From Eledone cirrhosa (taxonomy: Eukaryota): a DNA stretch of 64,000 nt. The notes under the pieces are model-generated. The model did not search any database. It was not told the origin of the DNA and saw only the letters and a program-made list of their open reading frames with translations. The position numbers and the translations under genes were made by a program. Numbering within the stretch: the first letter of the stretch is position 1; each line of letters begins with the position of its first letter. Shown here piece after piece: positions 30,699-44,700 of this stretch. The DNA is taken from the NCBI GenBank assembly GCA_964016885.1, contig OZ024755.1:19654001-19718000 (forward strand), in the 5' to 3' direction.

Positions 30699-32024
30699 TA
30701 ATCATTGAGGGCTGAGAATAAATGGAGGGGTATATGAAAAAATGCACAGAAAACTATCAAAATGCATGGAGCAAAAATAAAAGCAGCAAAACAACAGCAA
30801 CAACAATAACAACAACTGGTGAGCGGATGAGAGAAAGAACTAAGACCTAAGAACGAAAGGGGAAAGGATGTGGGTGGGGTTGGGCCGGGTATGTATAGCG
30901 AAAAAAATTAGTAATATGAGGTTATATAGAAGAAATGATAGAAGAGAAGAAAGAGAAGGACCAATTCTTGATGAGGCTGGCATGTATCGATTAAGTAGTA
31001 ACTATAAAGTGCAAGAAAAAAAAATCTTGAAAAAATCTTTAAAAAAATCCGAAAAAAAAAAAAAAAATCCGAAAAAGAATATGAAAAAAAACGAACCCCC
31101 CCCCCCCCCCCCGAAAAATGCAAACAAACAAGAAAGTAAAATATTAATTGATTGACATTTTTTCACGCTGGAAAAAACTGCACAAAAACAAATTCTTCAA
31201 GAAAATGGTGGATTTTCTTTTTATATCCTAAATGTTTTAAAAACGTAAATAGCAAACAGCTCAAGATTATAAAAATGCTCACACGATATGGGATCTAGTT
31301 GTTAGCATTGTTGTTAATTAGCCTTAGAACAACCCTGATAAAGTAAAACTATGATAAAAAAGGTATTCTATCCATAAACATCCCGTGTAGTTTGTATGTG
31401 CAGATTCCCCAGAGCACATTATGTAACATGGTTCTTACTTTTAAAACGGTCGGGTGTGATTTTAGGGAGATTTTCGCAATTATATTATATGTAGTAGATC
31501 GAACGATTATTATAATCTCCCTATTCTTTTGTACTCATATGACTTTCATTTACAAATATTGGCGTCAAATTATAATAAAACATATCAACATTACCGTAAC
31601 AGTAGTTAACTATTTTTGTAAAATTACGTTTTTAATTTTCAACAGCTCTAAGCAATTACGTAGTGAAAAATTCTCTTGTGAGTTATAAGAAAATTTTAAC
31701 TATTTTAATGCTGTTTGTAAACGGAAATTAGAAATTTTAATGAATTTCTTAAAATCCGTAGAGAAAACAGCACGCTGTGTAACAGAATTTCGTTTAACAA
31801 TAAATTTCATTTGCAAGCTAAAACTAATGTAAATATTATACCCCCCCCCCCTTTTATCCCCTTCATTATCGATATGAAGTGTCACAATTCTTATGTTCCT
31901 CTTATTCCCTTTCATAATTTTAATGACATTTTCAGTCATGAAAAAATCCCAACAAGATAGTCTTAATCAGTGTTATTTTAACAATAGTGGTTTCTTTCTT
32001 TCATGCATGCATGCATGTATGTAT

Positions 32025-32742
32025 CTCTCTCTTAATTTCGAGTATATTTTTTGACCGGCCACCTTCCTGGTGGCAAGGTTGTAAAAGAAAAGAAATTGTC
32101 ATCCCTTGAATCGTAAGAATGTTTTGCAAATTTTGAAGGTGCCAGCTATCGCAGCCATTTGTAGACTATGAATTAGGGAGCTGCGCTTTTTGTCCGCAAA
32201 TCCAAGTTCAGTCATACTTTGGTCCAAGCGGGTTGGTATATAACCCGTAGCTCCAATAATGATGGGTATGAAGCTAAAGGTGTATCTTAGATACTGGATT
32301 TGTAAACTCATCAATGGTCTGTAGATGTCCTCCTTCCCCTGTATTTTTCTGACGTTTACATCAAAGCTGATCTCCACAACAGAACACGTTTTCAATGTGT
32401 GGTCCCGAACAACAATATCAGGCCGGTTGTGCTTTAATTTGGTGGCCGTTTTTATTTTCAGGTTCCACCAGTATTCTTTAGTGCCATCTGTCTCAATATA
32501 TTCTTCCTCGTTTGTTGTTAATTTTGTTTTCCGAAGTGCGTTCCAGATGGTTCTAGCTATCCCATCGTGTCTCATGGGGAGGTAGTAGCGAGATGACATT
32601 CTTTCGCAGCTGGCAACAATGTGGCTTACATCTTCGATCTTTGTTTTACATAGCCTACATTTATTGTCAGCTGATGGCCCTCCCCTTTTGTGCAGCAGAT
32701 ATTTGGTAGGGAGTTCTTGTTCCTGTATTGCATAGAGATATC

Positions 32743-32745
<3 letters not shown>
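32025..32745 (-). mobile_element. R4/Dong-clade (RLE-type) non-LTR retrotransposon, 5'-truncated
   Basis: Open frame to the stop at 32099: AIQEQ, CCHC knuckle CRLC-x8-H-x4-C, RHD, NRPDIVV...VEIS restriction-like endonuclease, PIIIGATG; short 3' UTR; flanked by (CA)n and (TACA/TGCA)n. Confidence 0.9.
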
Positions 32746-32785
<40 letters not shown>

Positions 32786-32826
32786 CACACACACAGTATT
32801 CGCATTCTAAACTGATGTTTAGGCAG

Positions 32827-32886
<60 letters not shown>

Positions 32887-32974
32887 CAGTATATATCTTT
32901 TATATATATCTATCTTTTTTTGTGTTCTTTACTTGTTAACTTCCCCCCTTATTCCCTCTCGGAGTTCCTCTCAA

Positions 32975-33012
32975 CTTTCCCGATGAAGGACGTAAGTCCG
33001 AAACATTGAAAG
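32975..33012 (+). ncRNA. Minimal hammerhead motif, family H1
   Basis: CUUUC-CCGAUGA-A-GGAC-GUAA-GUCC-GAAAC-AUU-GAAAG; stem I CUUUC/GAAAG; host unit 32915-33090 is flanked by (TA)n. Confidence 0.6.
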
Positions 33013-33526
33013 CTCCCCCACTTTCACCAAACGTGAACCTAATACAACTGTGTACAATTGACACCTGCGTTTTGTTTGCTCTTTTCAACTATATATATAT
33101 ATTTATTTATTTAACAAAGCCAAAACGTTGATAAGGAGTAAATTGTTTCTTTGTGATATTATACTTAATAAATAAACAATTCTGTACCCGTGGTTATTCG
33201 AGTTGCTAGAAATAGTAGTTAAACCACCTTCAAATAACAGCCTATCATAGGCATGTCAGGCTAAGAATCTTACCAGTATGTAGCCTTGTATTCTCCGAAA
33301 AGTAATGATGGGGAGTAACAGTCATTGCTAGAATGCTTTAGGATATAGTTCTTCTCGATCAGGATTGATCTAGGACTAAACGCCAACAACGTCGACATAA
33401 GCAGCATCACAGACCGTAACAATAAGAGCCACCAACAATAGAATTACGCTTCATATCATTTACAGGTCTTTAAAAAGATTATTGCCAGAGATACCTCTTT
33501 TATTGTCGTTTACGCTTCATTAATTA

Positions 33527-33989
33527 TGCCTTTCATCCTTACGGGGTCGATCAAAAAAGTACCAGTAATGTACTGGGTATTTGCTGGCCTTGTGCCAAAA
33601 GTAGAAACAATTAATTAATTACCGAAACCACAAGAGAGTTGAAAATGTTACAGAAGACAGTCTGTTGCAGTCTTTAGTTCAAAAGATTTCCTTTAATATT
33701 TCCCAGTTGCTTTGAGATCAAATTACACATACACAACAGAGCAGATACAGTTTACTATTCTATACTTTTCTTGTATACATACATATATATATATATTTAT
33801 ACGTATTGAAGACCTAACAGTATCGGTAAAGGGTCGGACGCCATGCTTTGACGTATAGAGTTACGGCCCTTGCCATTTTAGGTTCAAATCCCGCCGAGGT
33901 TGACTTTGATCCTTACGGGGTCGATATAATAAAGTATCAGTAATGCACTGGGTATTTGCTGGTCTTGTACCAAAAATAGAAACAATTAT
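33527..33989 (+). mobile_element. Two Nin-domain SINE copies
   Basis: 3' fragment 33527-33613 and near-full copy 33815-33989. Confidence 0.85.
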
Positions 33990-34030
33990 ATATATATATA
34001 TATGTCACTCCCTTTCCACCACACACACAT

Positions 34031-34062
<32 letters not shown>

Positions 34063-34104
34063 TCATTCACATGTATGTATATATATATGTATGTGTATAT
34101 ATAT

Positions 34105-34278
34105 ATGGTTTAATATAGAAAAGCTTCTACAGGACTAGAATTGTTTCCTGATGATTTCTCACGAATGAAACAGTTCTAGTCCTGTAGAAGCTTTTCTATA
34201 TTAAACCATTTATACTCTGCTATGTATTGAGTACCTTACTTACTGTGGTTACCCCCGATTGAACCCGGAATAACCCCC
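34105..34278 (+). mobile_element. Fold-back HHR element A in (TA)n
   Basis: 43-bp inverted arms 34105-34147 / 34167-34209 (1 mismatch); the loop holds the HHR 5' core; tail to 34278. Confidence 0.8.
34148..34187 (+). ncRNA. Hammerhead core (stem I 5' strand replaced by the inversion)
   Basis: CUGAUGA-UUUCUCACGAAU-GAAAC-AGUUCUA-GUC. Confidence 0.7.
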
Positions 34279-34320
<42 letters not shown>

Positions 34321-34329
<9 letters not shown>

Positions 34330-34535
34330 TAAACAAATAATGAATAAAACAATGAAACAGTTCCTTATATTAAACAAAAAAAGTTCATTATTTAACGATC
34401 GTTTCTAGGATATATATGTGCTAGAATTGGCATGCATATTCAACAGATCTATGTACAAAATTATACAAAATTATACAAACTATCAAGATTAAATATACAT
34501 ACCAACACATATATACGCCGCCTTCAGAAATAATA
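34321..34535 (-). mobile_element. Solo 215-bp HHR unit (family B) in (TA)n
   Basis: Same boundaries as 49899-50113 and only 2 substitutions seen; HHR at 34387-34534 has core CUGAAGG. Confidence 0.9.
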
Positions 34536-36644
34536 TATATATATATATATATAAAGATATTATGAAAACATAATTTGTTGACTGAACAAGATAGAAATGT
34601 TGAGAGGAGTTATTGAAGGTCTCACTTATTCGCTAGAAGAAATTAATTAACACAAGTTAGATGACCATCTGCCACTAGAGATGTCTTCTCGAAGGAAGAA
34701 TCAACGAATGAACCGTTATATGGTCGCTTGATCTGTTAGAAATAGCAGTTAAATATTTCTCAAATCGCTCCCAACCGAATAAAAACGTCAGATAATATTC
34801 TCCCATGTAATCCTCAACGGGAAAAAAAAATCGGGATGGGCATGAGTGGAATGTTTTTGATCATAGGTGAAGTCGATCAAGATCGTTCCCCACCCACAAG
34901 AATCAAACAATAATAATTTCTCATCACAATCAAATACGGTTTCATTACTAGAACCACTAAGTTTCTTATTTTTGGACACTTAATTAAAATACATAATTCT
35001 GGGTCTGACTTAAACATTAGAACCATTGCTTCAAGTAACAAAGGCTTTTATCTCTTTCCTAATATCTGAAATTTATTCTCTGCACGGTTTAAGTAGTAAT
35101 ACAGATGAGGTAATAGGTAGACTGACGTAACTTTGGTCTCGATGTTTGTAAGTAGAATAGATATTTGATATTTGATGTTGGTGACGTAGAGGTACCGTAT
35201 AAGGTGTTTCTTGGACATGTTTTCAACCTGGCAGAGTCGATCCCTTTCCAGTTTTGAATACAGTAGATTGCTTCTAACGAAGGATTGAGAGTAAAAGAAA
35301 GAGAGTGAAAAAGATACACAGAGGAAGAAACGAACCCAGTATTTCACAGGTACATTTTTTACCGACCTCGAAAAGATAAAAAGGCAAAGTTGACCTCGGT
35401 GGGATTTGAACTAAGAGAGCAGAGAGCTGGAACGAATACAGCAAATCATTATATCCAGTTCACTGCCTATATAATAGATATACATTTCGTTTTATGTCAA
35501 TTTTCTCCTCATCCCCGTATCTCCTCGATAAACTTGGAAAATTACAAGAGAATATCTTATTCCATTGTATAATTTACAGCTACCGTCTCATTTCATTGGA
35601 TAACTACAACAGCTAACTCCATTTTGAAAGACCTGGATATAATCAAATTTCGAATATACCTATGGGATTTAGCCTGTCAATAATGAGATGCATCTCGTAC
35701 ATGAATCCAGAGGAGTGAAATATTGTTATATTCATCTCTAGATATGACAACGATATACTTATTCTAACCTTTACTTGTGGTTCACAAGGTTTTCCAGGTA
35801 TCTGATAATTATAGTAGCTACACAGTATTTAAAACTAAACACTATACTGATATGTACAGCTATTTCTATGTGAGATTTTCAAGTCAAGCATTCAGAGGTT
35901 AATGCAGTGATAATGCGCAAAATATATATATAATAATAATAATGATGATAAAAATAATAATTACTTACAGTACGATATACAAATGTTGTCAATTGTCAAC
36001 AGCCGATATTTGGCACAGTAAATACAACACGGAAAATAAAAAAAAAGAGAAAAGAGGAAATTAATTACAAGAGAATATCAGGAATTATTCCGTGGTCCCA
36101 ACATGGCGTCTTTCTGTTAGTAAACTTTCGTGACATGAACATGTCTTAGCAGGCTTTTAGTCAGAAATTCTTCTAAAGACGAACGACAATGTCTATGTAT
36201 GAAATTAGCGACAATTTCTGGCGAATTTCTCTTATGTATGCTTCTTTTATAAAAGCTTAAAAGCTGCAGAAGTGTAGCTGGTCTCCCCCTAACCCTCCTC
36301 ACTCCTTCCCCCATCTCTCTCTCTCTCTTTCTCCTTCACGCTTTCCAACGTTGTCATTGTATAAATAATACAAGACTGTCTTTATTTCTCATTTCTTCTT
36401 TCTATCACGGATGATTTTGTGATGGCAATGATTACCTTTGCTTTTATATTTCTCTTTCTCACCCCCCGCCTCTCAATACACACTAAACGCTGAACCAGCG
36501 AGTATTTGTATATAGAATAAGAGTAATAGCACCCTTACACTACAATACACTGAAACGACCTTATTATTTCCTTATTTCACTTTTTAACAGTACTTGTAAT
36601 TGCTTCGTATATACTTCTCAATAGCATGGATAAATTGTTACATA

Positions 36645-36912
36645 CACTAAGAAGTGGTAAGAAACTCCCAGGAGAGCTGGACAGCAGAAGGTCTTCAGAG
36701 AAGAGACTCTCAGGAGAGCTGGACAGCAGGTCTTCAGAGAAGATGCCCCTCCATCCTCAAACAAGTGTTTCGGCCCTTACCTTCTTACACACCAACAGGC
36801 CGGGCTGCATCCAGGAGATGACTCCTTGATGCCCATCTGCTGACAATTAGCTATTCGGATATCAGAGACTTGTGTATTCAAACCGTATGAAGATTTGTTG
36901 AGAAGATCTAAC
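36645..36912 (-). repeat. Unclassified dispersed repeat (copy of 1463-1685)
   Basis: Reverse-complement match with an internal ~40-bp duplication. Confidence 0.7.
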
Positions 36913-37035
36913 TGGAACTCTTCTCCATCACCTCTGCTTTCAAACTTATATTTAAACGCTTTCTTAAGTAAATGTGTTCGTTGTTAAAAAACGCCTTAAA
37001 ATATATCTCAGCAATAGCTCCGAACCGTGACCAAA

Positions 37036-37200
37036 CGTTTACAGCTTGGCGTGATATTGTCGTCATGGTTATTGGACCTGGCGTTTACAGCTTGGCGAGA
37101 TGTTGCGGTCATGGTTATTGAACTTAGAGTTTACAGCTTGGCGTAATGCGGTCATAATTATTGAACTTGGCGTTTACAGCTTGGAGTGATATTATGGTCA
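37036..37200. repeat. ~44-bp tandem repeat x4
   Basis: gtttacagcttggcg.gat.ttg.ggtcat.gttattg.ac.t recurs. Confidence 0.85.
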
Positions 37201-37996
37201 TGTTTAGATTATTCCCTTGTTAAATTATAGAATAAATGTTCTTTGTTGCCTTTATCAGGGTTGGTTTGATTTTGTCATACAACATAACTTTTTAATATCT
37301 ATTTCATGTGGGAAGAGTACGCCGTGCTTTGCACCATCCAATGTATATGTATTGTAATAGTATACATAGCACTCACACATACACACATATTTACACTTTA
37401 TATATATATATAGTGACGATATATACTATACGCACGTTAGTTTAATTAAAAGTGTACGCATGACAAACATGGTGTGACACGAAACAACATATACCCAATA
37501 TGCTTCTCTTTACGTATGAACACATATATTTAGAATCTGAGTCTATTACACATAAACCTGATAACACATTATATTAATTAAATGACATAAAGGTAACCTG
37601 AATTAATAATCGCCTTTGATGCATAAGGTTCTTCCTTTTGAAACGTTCACTCTTTCTAAACAAACTTCTATCGTCATTTTCGATAATCCACATCGCTTTG
37701 ATCAAGAATACACTTTAATCAATGAATTTCGCTTTTAAGTCGGAAAATATCCTGTAATTATATCAGCATTACCTTATTATTTTAACACTTTGCTGTGGAA
37801 TCATCTCTGCAACGTATCCTCTGATAATGTACTATAATTATGATGTTTCGTAATTATCTCCCTTCGGTAAAGTCATTTTAAAAGTAAGGTGTTGCTTCAA
37901 TTTTATTACGGTCCTGTTCTTAAAAGAACACTTTTCATATTTATTGAGAGTAAAAATTGTCATAGCAATAGTTTAGAAATTTGGCGCTGGATCATA

Positions 37997-38757
37997 TTGA
38001 TTGTTACGTTAATATTTCAGTCACGAATGCAATATTCCTTGGTAGAACGTATTTAAGTATTTCTTAAGGGCATCCTAAATACGTTGAATATCTAACATTC
38101 ACTTGAAATAGGTTTACATAATGGTGGATTGAAAGAAATTATAATATCAATTTACTCTAAGTTCATCTGTTGAAAATATGTTGACGATCATATCTAACTG
38201 AAATTCTCATCTGGTTAACTGTCAAATTGGTTCAATGAAAATAATTGTTTCTACTTTTGGCACAAGGCCAACAATTACCCAGTGTATTACTGGTACTTTA
38301 TTTTATCAACCCCGCAAGGATGAAAGGCAAAGTTAACCTCGGCAGGATTTGAACTCAGAATATATATGTTATTTAGATTTTGATTGTTACGTTAATATTT
38401 CAGTCACGAAAGCAATATTTAAGTATTTCTTAAGGACATCCTAAATACGTTGAACATCTGACATTTACTTGAATAAGTTTACATAATGGGGGATTGAAAT
38501 AAATTATAATTGTTTCTACCTTTGGCACAAGGCCAGCAATTACCCAGTACACCACTGGCACTTTATTTTATCGACCCCGTAAGGATGAAAGGCAAAGTCA
38601 ACCTCGACTTGATTTGACTGCTAATTCAGCGCCTTTTGGATTGAAAGAAATTATAATATCAATATACTATAAGTTCATCTGTTGAAAATATATTGACGAT
38701 TATATCTAACTGAAATTCTCAAATTGGTTCAATGAAAATGATACATGTTATTTCGAT
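37997..38757. repeat. Tandem duplication (~250 bp) with an independent SINE insertion in each copy
   Basis: ttgattgttacgttaatatttcagtcacgaa starts at 37997 and 38379; SINEs at 38243-38360 and 38506-38633 sit at different positions in the unit. Confidence 0.85.
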
Positions 38758-41700
38758 TTACGTGTAATTTCATAACTTTTGCTAGTGTAATGTTCACAAA
38801 GTACATCGACGTTAAGATTTTGATTCCTTATTTCGTGATTTTGGATTTGTGGAGCGGGGTGGGTAGTGGTGGAGCGGGGTGGGTAGTGGTGGAGCGGGGT
38901 GGGTGGTGGTGGAGGTAAGGTGCTTCATTCAATATGACGGGTCGTTTAAGAAATGTATTTTTACTTCATTTACACTCGACAAATTCAACTGTACTGAGGT
39001 ATAACATAGGTCAAAGAATAATTTCACGAACATTTGAGTCTCTCGCAGATTGTTCACCAACAAACACAAACATGACAACTGAATTTCTATATATTAAAAC
39101 TAGTTCCCAATTTTATTGATAATTGACTACTAAATCTGAATTGAATCAGAAAACAATGTTTATTGCATTAGTTCTCAATAAGGAGACTTTGACACGATCA
39201 CCTATGGACACACCCGTTTCGACAATTTCATATAGCTTCTTTCTACACTTAGATTGTTTCAACGCATATAACCAAAGATTGATTAGATATTTAGGAGACG
39301 CATTTTCTAAGTTGTATAATAGGTTAATCTTCAAAATATTCACTTCAACAGGCTAACTTTGTCGGATCATGTCTAACAAGTGTCACACCCCTAGCCTGGT
39401 AAGCCGTTTCGGCTTCGGGTTGTATCATTTCTGGTACCATAGGTGTGTCTATGATATATCCAATAAAATTGTCTTTCTAGCTGTTGACGTCTCAAGGAAT
39501 ATTGAATTAGACTCTGTTAATATTCTGGAATGGATAACGGTGAACGTTATTGTTCACTATATGTTCTTATTAAAAATCATATTTTTAATTCCTTCGCTTT
39601 GAAGTTAACATTTAGTAATTACTTAAATACAATACTATTCTAATATAGAAAATACTTAAGAACAAGTCTATAAAACTATATCCAATCTGTTTTGAATTCA
39701 ACCCAATCCATAGCTACACCTATAGTAAATGAATTGAAAATGAAAAAGGATAATTCAAAGCATTTCCCATCTTTTGGTTTCAATTGTTGTACTTTTTAGA
39801 TTTGTAATTGCTTGGCAATTCTCAAATAATTATTTACCATTTATACTACAAAATGCTTCTTTCAACCGACGTTGATAACATGAATAAGAATACTTGCAAG
39901 TAAATATTTCTTTTATGTGGGTGTAAAAATACAACAGACATTGTATTATTTTGCAGTATTGATGCAACAAATTTAAATATAGATTGATAATATGCTTAAA
40001 ACGTGTGTGTATGTGCGTACACGTGTGCGTGTCCGCGTGTGAAGGTTTGATAACACATTTGTAAATAGATGCGCAGGATGAAGAAAGGAAACAAGCACTT
40101 CATAAGTATCTTATGAATTCTAAAAATATTTTGTTAAAGAAACTATGTTAGCTCTGTGTGAACAAATTATATTTTTAATAGCATAATTGAATTTTTATTC
40201 CATTGTAAAGTGATTGTTATTAATTTTCAGTTTGAATTCTATTTCTACATATTTATTGGAAAAATATCAAGCCAGGTGCATCTTTTTCTGTGTTAGAATA
40301 AAATTGCATAAAAGACTGATGCATTTACCAACAAACAATGTCTATACCAACGAAGTAAGTATTCTATCATGCAAGTTATTCTTGCCTGTTATCAGTAAAT
40401 TCATATTATGTTTCTCAGATAATAAGTAGCAAATTCTTTACACATTTTACGCGGCTCTTTCTGTGACGTTGTAGTTTTAGAGACAATTTTGTATAGGTAG
40501 TATTACTTTTGAATCCTGCTGTTTGACTTGTATCTAAACGAATTATATTCTAGCTTCAGAATGCATAATTTAATAGATAAAATTCAGCAGCATACTCACA
40601 TCAGATAATAATATGAATGTCTTTCTGGAAGTAATTTTTGCAGACACGCATATTTTGATGAACATTTCTACAGTGTTATCAAAGGAGAAAAAGTAACACT
40701 CTTAACATTTTCAGAGCCCAACTCCTCCCCAGACGGAAGGATAAATCACGACTGATGGATTACTGCAGGAACACCAAGATATCAGAAACGATTCGAAAGC
40801 TCATAGAAACGATTCCTCTATAGGGAACCAAAGGCAAGGCGGTGGTGGTCTACAGGATGACAAATTAGGCCAATATTTGTTTTCCTTTTTATTCAAGCAA
40901 CAATCATTAGATTCTTAAAGGAGAGGAATGAAAACTTCTGAAAGACTTTAGCTACTGAAGAAAAATGGAAGACCTTCAAACCTTCAGAACTTGAGCATTA
41001 TCGTGGAATATGAAACACTTACTTTATAATTCTTATTAAATCATATTCCTGTCAAAAACCTGATTAAAAATTTGTTTATGATTAGACATATGACTACATT
41101 AATGTAGGGGGTGATGGTAGCCCCTGATTAATTTGATTCCTGTATATGATTATTAATCATCTTATTGAAAACCTGTAAAATACCGTTAAGGTGGCGAATT
41201 GGCAGAGTCGTTAGAATGTCAATTTTGCTTTTCATCCTTTCAAGAGTTGGTACAAAAATGTACCAATCTAGTACTGGGGTCAATACTTTCTCTATTTATC
41301 TTTCTCACTTCCCCTCTCTTATTCTCTATCTTTCTCTGGAAGAAATCTGCTTAAAATTCCCAGGAAACGCCGCACAAGTATGTCAATACAGTGCCCCTAC
41401 GACTCCCTCAGGATTTCAGGAGTTAGAGAGAATACTGTTGGAATTGATTTCAGAACATTGACGTGTCACATTAGATCAGATGAATTATCTACTTAGCCTG
41501 CTACCAGACGTTCAAATCCCAAACCCTTATCTCTGAACTAATATTGTTTTCTTACATTGATACTTTTAAATCCTCTTTAGATATCGTGATTTTTGTGTCA
41601 ATGAGGGATTAAGTCAGTTTAATCGATCTCAGTATGTAACTGCTACATATCTTACTGACAGGGGATCGATCAAACATAAGGAGATGGAAACTAAAACTGA

Positions 41701-44700
41701 GGAGCGTCCAGCGTTCTGTTTCTTCTGCAACTCCACCGACCCCGATTCGAAACAAATTATAATTTTGTTAATGAGAGCCGAAAATCAAGTTATATATGGC
41801 TGATAAGCCAAAACTGAGACGGTTTATACGGTTTAATATCTGAATATAGCTAAGTTTCACTTCAGTTAAAACACTAGTGTTCTTAGAAAAGGCAAGAAAT
41901 CATATTACTTATTCTAATTCAACGATTTACATAAGAATGGTGTCATCTCGTAGTTAAGCATAGTTCGTTGTGAGCTCAGTCCTCGTTTCGATTGACGTTG
42001 CTGTTTATTGCTTAAAAGTCTAGGATGTACTTTTAATATTGTTATGTCGATTTAATTGATTGTGCTTTTCTCTACTACAACATATTTGCTTTGTAGGTCG
42101 TTGTCAAATAAATGAATATTCAATAATATCATTTAACTCTAAAATAATCAGAAGCAATGACAAGTAATATTAGTGTCAATCAAAAATTCTGAAATAAATC
42201 TCTTCGTTGGGAAGAGGAAATGTGTTATATTGAGTTAAACAAATAGGTTAGAGAAAATGAGGATAGAAAGATTTTTTTCTGCCAAATCTACAATCGTTTT
42301 ACTCCGACAAAGAAAAAAACAAGTAAGAAGTAAAAAGAAACCAATATTTAATCAACGGATTGATTATGTTAAATATTTTCGATGGTAGTTCAACATATAA
42401 GCGTTATAGGGAGTTAATCCTCTTAATCTGCTAAAAGTAAACATTAAATGACATTAAGTGTTGATTCGTATAAAAAATAAATCGTAATATAGAATTCCAC
42501 GCGAGATCAGCAGTTTTGAATTTATGCTGCTTCATAATTTTCCAACAAATGGTTACAAACAAATGCTTCCACTCTACGTATGAATTTGGTCCGATACGTC
42601 TTCAATCTACTATCCAATAATATTTCATTTCATGCATTTTATTGGTTAGTTGAAATGTAGTATTCCTAATACGTAAAATACCTATTTCGTATATTACCAA
42701 CAGGCAAGAAGTACTTTTATTGGAAAAGGGAACCGACGATTTAAACTGTTCTAGTACATAAGTGGTAATTATTTTATTGACTCAAAGGAAGATAAAAAGT
42801 TGACATCGGTGAGATTTGATCTCGTACTGTAAAATTACATTTCTAAACACCCCATGGCAGTTTGCCTGTCATTTCACCAATTATACTATTCCACTGTCCT
42901 TACACGAAACATTAAATTCCTTAACAATATCAATTTATATTCTTACGGTTTGAGGGCAGTTGGCACACTCCCAAATGTTTTATTAAATATATATTTTACT
43001 ATAGAGTAAGGCTATGCTTAATAGCTCTAGTATTTATATCATTTCAAAAGTGTTTTTATTTTGCATTTAGTTGTAAAATGTCACATTCCTTTGGCATATT
43101 TAACTGAATATGCTTTGGTATATTTCTCATTGACGATACTGAAATTTCAGAAGTACAGCTTACGGAAAAGTGAACTGAAATAAAAACTTTCCTCAAGGAC
43201 TACATAGAAGGCCTGTCGGACAGTGTAAAATCCACTATACTTTAGGAATAAAGTAAACGTGCTATCGCTTGTAAATAAAAAGAAATTTCACCATCTTTCA
43301 TGTTCAAAATGTCACCTACTGGTTGCCTTAATTTTAGTATGGAAATTATACAGGCAATAAAGTTAGATCTTAGTTGAGAGTCATAGAAACTCTAATCAAA
43401 GCATCATCTCTTGTGGAAACAGCCAAATAGTTTTAACAATCTCAAATTTGTATCTACCGTATCATTTTGCATGATGTTATTTGCTCTTTAACTGTAAATG
43501 ACTGCTCTTTCCTTAGTGATAATACCATTTTAAGGACAGGGTTTCTTAGTAGATATTAGTTTCTTCGTGGATATGTAAATCAATAGTAGAGACACTACGT
43601 AACAACAACCATGTTTTACTTCTTATAGAGATAAGGACATCAAAACTGAAAACTGTGAACGCAGTTTTAATCATGTATCCGATTTTATCTAAAGCGTTCG
43701 CTGCTTAAATTATTTATCTGAGGGATACAGGCTAAAGCAATTAACAGAAAACATTTACAATGAAATATATATCAGATAGACGAAGTTTTAATATACCTGC
43801 ATTTATTTCATTTTCCCTATTATTCTGATATCTTAAAAACACAGATTGAGAATAGAATTATATTAAACTCAGGTGGAATACAAACTAATATTCCAACGAA
43901 TTTTCATCAAGATTTCAGATACTAAATAGAAAACGACAGTTTGTTGCCTAGAGACATCTTTATCACGCGCTGCAATAACGAACAAGATAAAATATAAATA
44001 TTATAATAATATATTCTTCGTATTTATCTCTCAAAGAAAAATAGCTTGCGGCTGCATTCACTCTGGTTAGTTATATCAGAGAATTCACCGATACATACTG
44101 TCGATACACATTTGGTTATTTGCCGATTTAGAGATTTTCTTTATCATTTTAAAATTTGAATCACAAAAGCCAAGTCGTTCAGTACAGCATTCTAAATATC
44201 CTAATATAGAATTCTGTCATGAAGAATCATATTTCATTATCTATCAGCTTGTCAATGACATACTTCTATATTTGTCGCTGTTTATCTTCTTCTCTATCAT
44301 TTATTTGCCTTAATCTCCTCCCATTCAGTCTTCCATTTTCATTCTGATAGAATAAGATACTTTCTGGATGTTTTTCATTGAATTTATTTTCCATATGATT
44401 AGAATCTTGTTGTACTTACCAATTTAATGTATCAATTGCTGGTAGACGAATTAGTTCACAACAGACACCGTCGTCTCTTTATTCTTTGTTTAAATTTAAA
44501 CATAAATTAGTTTGATTTTATTTTAGAATTCTTAGAACGCTGTGGCTTATAAAATCACACATACACTATTTACAATGACGGAAATAGATGGATCAACACT
44601 TAAAACAATAGATTTAATTTTAATTTGCGCAAGCATAGGCGTGTAGTTAAGAAGTTCTCTGAACAAACATATGGCCCCAGCTTCAATCCAATTGCCTTGC

